Assembly: GCA_042584405.1 (NCBI GenBank)
Contig: JBHOSR010000002.1
Span: forward strand, 3,417 to 67,416
Reading direction: 5' to 3'
DNA from: Bacteroidota bacterium
GTDB taxonomy: Bacteria > Bacteroidota > Bacteroidia > Bacteroidales > UBA12077
DNA length: 64,000 nucleotides
Notes under the pieces: model-generated
Told to the model about the DNA's origin: nothing
The model's input: the letters and a program-made list of their open reading frames with translations, nothing else
The model's database searches: none
Made by a program: the position numbers and the translations under genes
Shown: piece after piece, positions 59,175 to 64,000 of the stretch
How the letters are laid out: each line of letters begins with the position of its first letter
How positions within the stretch are numbered: position 1 is the first letter of the stretch

Positions 59175-59525
59175 CAATTGATATTTCAATCTTAAACTTT
59201 TGCATAAACAACTTCCTTAGTGTTTGAGTATCAAAGTACAGTATTAAATCAAAATTTTGTTATCTTTAAAATAAATTGAAAAGTATACACGATCATAAAG
59301 ATAAGTACCCCACTTTTTGCAGCCTGCCTGCCGGCAAGGCGGGCTTTCAGCTTCGTTAGAAAATCTAAAATAAAGTACTTTAGCGGCTTCAATGCCAATA
59401 AGTTTTATCAGAGTTTTAGCATTTAACTTATTTATACAAAGTCTACAATGAACTATTAAAACTTATTTATATTGATATTAAAGATCGTGTTTAACATTAC
59501 ACATATATTATAATTATATTTTAGA

Positions 59526-59533
59526 TATATTTG
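59526..59533 (+). promoter_or_regulatory. candidate -7 box (TATATTTG) for the membrane LuxR gene
   Basis: Exact TAnnTTTG, 66 nt upstream of the ATG at 59600. Confidence 0.35.
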
Positions 59534-59599
59534 TTATAACAACTAGTTACTCATATAAAGAAAGTTAGTGAAATAGAAATTTTCAATTGCAGTTCATAA

Positions 59600-60442
59600 A
59601 TGAAAGATAATGTATCTAATATTAGCCTTTTAGTAGGTAATGACTCTGAATTTAAAGCTGAGCATCAAGTATTAAATGGTACTATTCTAATAACAGCATT
59701 TATATACCTTATCTCATTTATATTAAATTATACTCCTGAATTAGATGTCAGAACTGAGCTTAAAGCGACTAACTTATCAATGGTTTTTATTTTGCTATTT
59801 GCTTATTACTTTTCAAGAATAAAGGGCAAATATTATATCCCATTATTTGTTTTTAATATTTCAATTTTAAGCAGCCTGAGCATTTCCTGGTTTATGGCAG
59901 GCGGTATAATCTCAAGTTTGCCATTTTATTATGCCGCTTATTTATGCTACATTATTTTTTTTACAGATGGTAGCTTTAGAAGAGTTTTAGTATCCTTGTA
60001 TGTTGTTAGTGTAATAACACTTTGCTTGATAGAAATAAGTCATCCCGAGTGGGTAAAACAATATCCCAACCAGGAAATGAAGATTAAATTTATGATAAAG
60101 GGATTCATTTCCATGTCAATTGTAATTATTTATATTACTTATTCCTGGAAAAAATTTTATATAAAGGAGAAGCAAAATACTATTGATATAATTAATCAAT
60201 ACAGAGAAAACGGTGAGAAATTAAAAAAGGAATTTGAATTAAAATACGAATTGCTATCCATTAGAGAAAGAGAGGTTTTTAATTTAATAATTGAGGGAAA
60301 AACAAACCAGGAAATATCAAATGAGTTACACATTGAAATAGGAACTGTAAAACTACATGTGAATAAGATATATAAGAAACTGGGCACAAAATGCAGACTA
60401 GAAACGATAAATTTTGTCATAAAAAAAGATTCTAATCTATAA
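59600..60442 (+). CDS. membrane-embedded LuxR/GerE-family transcription regulator
   Basis: About 5-6 TM helices, a coiled coil, and a C-terminal HTH (LSIREREVFNLIIEGKTNQEISNELHIEIGTVKLHVNKIYKKLG). Confidence 0.75.
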   Translation: MKDNVSNISLLVGNDSEFKAEHQVLNGTILITAFIYLISFILNYTPELDVRTELKATNLSMVFILLFAYYFSRIKGKYYIPLFVFNISILSSLSISWFMAGGIISSLPFYYAAYLCYIIFFTDGSFRRVLVSLYVVSVITLCLIEISHPEWVKQYPNQEMKIKFMIKGFISMSIVIIYITYSWKKFYIKEKQNTIDIINQYRENGEKLKKEFELKYELLSIREREVFNLIIEGKTNQEISNELHIEIGTVKLHVNKIYKKLGTKCRLETINFVIKKDSNL

Positions 60443-60739
60443 AAGCCAATTTAATAATTCTGAAGGATTATAACTTTTTTATAACCTTAATTATGCTCTT
60501 TAGTTATTCAATTAATATAACTTAGTCAAGTAGTAATTTAACTTGCTCTAATTTAAAGTCTATGTCAATGAAGAATCTGATTTGTTTTTTTGACTGTTAC
60601 TATGATATTATTAACCAAAACTAATAACATATGAGAATTATAAAACTTTTTGTATTGGTGATTATTTTTTGTAGAATCTGAAACATACAAACCACAAGTA
60701 CACAATTTAATTCAAATTAATTCTAAAAACCTGAAATCA

Positions 60740-61933
60740 TTGAATACACAAAGTATAACTCAGACAACAACTAAAGATGTTAATCTTATTATAGATAAAT
60801 GTTATAAACAGTTAAAAGACATCGAGCGCTTTTCATTTTCACCTCATTTCAAATACACTGAAATAGAACTAGTTCTGAATACAATAAAAGAAATACCTAA
60901 GTCGGAGTATTTTATAAGTTTATATCAGAATGAAGTTGATCTTTTGTTAGAGGCACTAATTATAACAAATAAGCATATTATTTTTAAAAATACTGACAAA
61001 GATGCTCAAATTATAAAATTAAATGAGGTAAATACAATTGACTATGTAAGTGAAGGATCAGAAAATTACATTATTGTTAATGATGAAAGAGTATTAAATT
61101 TAAATGTTAACCTACGAGTAACTAAAATATATGGTGAATTCCTAAAAGAAATTATTACAATTAATTTACCGGAAATAGATTTTTCAAATTTTGAAGAAAA
61201 GACTTTTTTCAAGGTAGAAGAGATTCACATCAACCCGGTTTTAGTGAATAAATGGATTAACGAAAAAGATGAAAAAGAAAAGAAAATTGCATTTAACAAC
61301 CTAATAGAACATGCATCAAAAATCACTTTTAAAGATTCGTTCGAACTTCTAGAGAAAATTATTATTAACAGAAGAATTGAGAAAGATCTTAATCAAATTT
61401 GGGAGTTTTATGATGAGAATGAAAACCTGTTTTTCACATCGGATAAAATCAATATAATTAAAGGAAAACTCATTAATGGAGAGATTAAGTCAACTCATTT
61501 ATGCAAAAGAAACCATATCGGATCATTTAAAACAGTAAAAGATTTTCTGGCCAAAGAAGAGAAGAAAATTAAGTATCTGTATGAACCAATAAAAAAATAC
61601 AGGAAAACAAGCCTGATATTAGGCATTATTGCAGGAATTATTATGGCTACTTTTTATCTGATTAATTCAGATATACCTGCTGGTATTAGCATAAAAACAG
61701 AAGCAGCAGTTTTACTTTTTGGTATAGGCAGTTTATTATTTGGAATACTTGCAAATAATGGCATGGGATATTGGTTCGGAGCTATTTTAAGCATTGTTGG
61801 GATAATAATGTTGTTTATTAAGCTTAGTACCATAATAGCCATTGTTCTTTTGGTTGTTGCATTGACCATTGCAACAAGTTACTTAATAGGACTTGGTTTG
61901 TATTATTTAAAGAAACCTGTCAAACTCATATAG
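60740..61933 (+). CDS. hypothetical membrane protein (soluble N-region with PH-like segment, C-terminal TM bundle)
   Basis: Long ORF with only a TTG start. ALIITNKHIIFKN...IIKLNEVNTIDYV resembles bacterial PH-domain strands. 3-4 C-terminal TM helices. Confidence 0.5.
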   Translation: MNTQSITQTTTKDVNLIIDKCYKQLKDIERFSFSPHFKYTEIELVLNTIKEIPKSEYFISLYQNEVDLLLEALIITNKHIIFKNTDKDAQIIKLNEVNTIDYVSEGSENYIIVNDERVLNLNVNLRVTKIYGEFLKEIITINLPEIDFSNFEEKTFFKVEEIHINPVLVNKWINEKDEKEKKIAFNNLIEHASKITFKDSFELLEKIIINRRIEKDLNQIWEFYDENENLFFTSDKINIIKGKLINGEIKSTHLCKRNHIGSFKTVKDFLAKEEKKIKYLYEPIKKYRKTSLILGIIAGIIMATFYLINSDIPAGISIKTEAAVLLFGIGSLLFGILANNGMGYWFGAILSIVGIIMLFIKLSTIIAIVLLVVALTIATSYLIGLGLYYLKKPVKLI

Positions 61934-62036
61934 CTTATATGATAATTTCTAAATATTCTGATACTAAACTATATAACGGTTGTAAACTATGTGAAAATAA
62001 TTAAAACTGAAGATATTAACTTAAATGCATAATATT

Positions 62037-62351
62037 ATGAAAACAAAACTTAGAACAATAGTTTTTTGCCTGGCATTCGGTTTGTTATTGACTGGATGCG
62101 CTAAAAAGGACAAAGGAAAATTAGTAAGGATTAGTACCAGCTTTAGTTTAAATGATGCTGTTGATGGAAAAATTGAAAACATGTATTATAACGGGACATT
62201 AATACTTGAGAAATCTAATGGTGAAGAGCTAGAAGCAGTTTGTGATACATCATTTATCAACAAGATCAGAGGTGGGCAAATACTGAAAGTTAAATTTGAC
62301 AAAGAACTGAATAGTTGGAAGGTTATTGGAATTGTTGATGATGAAAAATGA
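62037..62351 (+). CDS. small hypothetical lipoprotein
   Basis: Lipobox LLLTGC after the Met at 62037. The ORF could also start at 62025. Confidence 0.55.
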   Translation: MKTKLRTIVFCLAFGLLLTGCAKKDKGKLVRISTSFSLNDAVDGKIENMYYNGTLILEKSNGEELEAVCDTSFINKIRGGQILKVKFDKELNSWKVIGIVDDEK

Positions 62352-62427
62352 TATTAACAACCTGAACAATCATAATTAAATAAGTATAAATTATATGTTC
62401 ATTATTAAAAAATAAGGAGGAGTAAAT

Positions 62428-62766
62428 ATGAAATCAGATTTATTAATTTTTATGGTAATCGGACTGATTTTCGGGTCCTTAATAGGATTTATTGCATACA
62501 GGAAAAACAGAAATTTTTGGTTGTGGGGAATTTCATTCATCTTAATTGTTGATTTGTTTTATCTTCTGTATACATCAATAAAAGATGATTCACTGGCTGC
62601 ATTATTTAATGGATTAGGTACATTAACATGGATAATTGGAATTATTGTAATACTTTCAATTCCAGCATTGTGTCCTAAATGTAAGGATACATTATCAAGG
62701 AAAGAACGTAAAAGTAAAACTTGTCCAAAATGCGGAGAAATTTTAAAAAGCAACTCGATTAATTAA
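62428..62766 (+). CDS. small membrane protein with C-terminal zinc ribbon
   Basis: 3 TM helices, then CPKC-x13-CPKC. Strong AAGGAGG 7 nt upstream of the ATG. Confidence 0.6.
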   Translation: MKSDLLIFMVIGLIFGSLIGFIAYRKNRNFWLWGISFILIVDLFYLLYTSIKDDSLAALFNGLGTLTWIIGIIVILSIPALCPKCKDTLSRKERKSKTCPKCGEILKSNSIN

Positions 62767-62783
62767 CTTAATATCACACTATT

Positions 62784-63557
62784 ATGAAAAAAGTATTTAT
62801 TCCTTTTTCCTTTCTAATGATTATGATTTTTATAGGTTGTAATCCTGACAAAAAAGAATGGCAGAAGGCAAAGTCTATTAATTCAATATCTGCTTATGAA
62901 AATTTTGTTAATCAATTTCCAAACAGTTCATTTGTTGATTCTGCTTATTTTAAAATTGATAAAATAAGGTTTGAAAAAGCAGCTACAGTTAATAGTATTC
63001 AAATATTTCAAAAATTTATTGAAGATTACCCTGAAAGTGCATTTTTAGATTCAGCTAAAAATAAGCTTGAAAATATTTTTCCTTCTTTTAAAAGAGATTT
63101 ACTCTTCGAAATTAATTCTATTTCACCATTGGTTTTAGATGGTAGCATTGAATTTAAAAAAGGGAGTACAGATAATTTCATAAAGGTAATAGTAAATGGC
63201 AAAATAAAGGGAGAAAATTATCCTTGCTTTTGTTTTAGAAATGTCAAAATTGACTCTAATGTTAAAGTACCGTTGGATATTTTTTATAAAGACATTATTA
63301 ATCACCCAATTATGAATACTACCATTCGATCTGGCAAGTTAATTTCTAATTTTAAAGTTGAAAATGGAGTAATTAAACAACCAATTGAAATTACTTATTA
63401 TGAATATGATAATATGGTTGCAGAATTTAAAATTAAAGAAACGTGTTCTGAATTTATTATTTCTGGTGATAGTACTGTAAATTTAATTAAAGAAAATAAT
63501 GGTTTTAGATTAATTGACGGTAAAGTAAATTTTTTAAAAGAAGACGAAAATAATTAA
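62784..63557 (+). CDS. hypothetical lipoprotein with two helical repeats
   Basis: Lipobox FIGC. Duplicated motif S-I-x-x-[YF]-[EQ]-x-F-[VI]-x-x-[FY]-P-x-S-x-F-[VL]-D-S-A. Confidence 0.6.
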   Translation: MKKVFIPFSFLMIMIFIGCNPDKKEWQKAKSINSISAYENFVNQFPNSSFVDSAYFKIDKIRFEKAATVNSIQIFQKFIEDYPESAFLDSAKNKLENIFPSFKRDLLFEINSISPLVLDGSIEFKKGSTDNFIKVIVNGKIKGENYPCFCFRNVKIDSNVKVPLDIFYKDIINHPIMNTTIRSGKLISNFKVENGVIKQPIEITYYEYDNMVAEFKIKETCSEFIISGDSTVNLIKENNGFRLIDGKVNFLKEDENN

Positions 63558-63577
63558 TTACTTTTAATTTACTAACT

Positions 63578-63605
63578 AGCGCGGATATATTATCCGTGCT
63601 TTATT
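63578..63605 (+). repeat. 28-nt GC-rich repeat, copy 2 (9-bp hairpin, probable terminator)
   Basis: agcgcggat-atatt-atccgtgct followed by ttatt, 20 nt after the stop at 63557. Confidence 0.55.
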
Positions 63606-63806
63606 AGAAAAACTTCATTATTCGTAATTTTATGTTCATTATTCAAACTTCAATTATAATTTATCTTATAAAATAGGTTTATAACTTGCAACAAACATGG
63701 CTGAAATCCTTATTACTCATATTGTACAGGCATATGTAAAATTAAACGGATGCATCATTTTTTAACCAAATACGTCTGTTAAAATGAAAACCAACAATTC
63801 TAAATT

Positions 63807-64000
63807 ATGAAAATTAAACGTAAAATATCTTTTATTTTAGTACTAATCCTATATGGACTTTTTAGTACAAGTTGTAGTAAGAATGAACCTCTAGAAACAA
63901 ACTATAACATTGAAATGGAGTTTGATTCGTCGTTGAATCGTTTTAACTGTTTAATGAATGTAGATTGGGTAAATAACTCAGAAACATCTATTTCAGAAAT
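63807..64000 (+). CDS. hypothetical lipoprotein (3' end outside window)
   Basis: MKIKRKISFILVLILYGLFSTSCSKNEP... has a signal peptide and lipobox. The frame is open to the window edge. Confidence 0.5.
   Translation, partial: MKIKRKISFILVLILYGLFSTSCSKNEPLETNYNIEMEFDSSLNRFNCLMNVDWVNNSETSISE

Overview
AT-rich chromosomal segment from a member of the Bacteroidota. The phylum call rests on a T9SS type-B C-terminal-domain cargo gene followed by its PorP/SprF gene, TAnnTTTG-type -7 promoter boxes, and many Bacteroidota-typical DUF families. I count about 55 protein genes and 3 tRNAs (Gly-GCC, Leu-TAA, Phe-GAA), plus several intrinsic terminators and a small family of GC-rich palindromic repeats.

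Most of the window is housekeeping:
- Translation, ribosome and RNA modification: valS, rlmH, era, der, rluB, a tRNA m6A methyltransferase.
- Cofactor and cell-wall precursors: pdxH, nadC, glmM.
- Export and repair: secDF, tatA, mutS.
- Other: peptidases, a MacAB/TolC-like efflux set, a ROK kinase, a KAS III.

I found no CRISPR array, rRNA, transposase, integrase, phage gene, reverse transcriptase or recognisable defence system. I therefore cannot point to a clear-cut novel system.

The parts that look least explained are:
1. 13.6-23.8 kb: a five-gene operon. It holds a glycine-tract T9SS adhesin, PorP/SprF and a PD40-PKD protein, then an orphan secreted protein and a periplasmic propeller sensor with a PP2C output.
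2. 59.1-64 kb: a block of orphan envelope proteins next to tRNA-Phe, headed by a membrane-embedded LuxR regulator and bracketed by a 28-nt direct repeat.
3. A composite palindromic repeat present on both sides of an O-methyltransferase gene.
4. An orphan promoter/terminator pair upstream of mutS, which is a candidate sRNA.
5. An Avd-like four-helix-bundle gene embedded between era and der.

All family calls come from motif recognition by eye, and all coordinates of small elements were counted by hand. Nothing was searched against a database.
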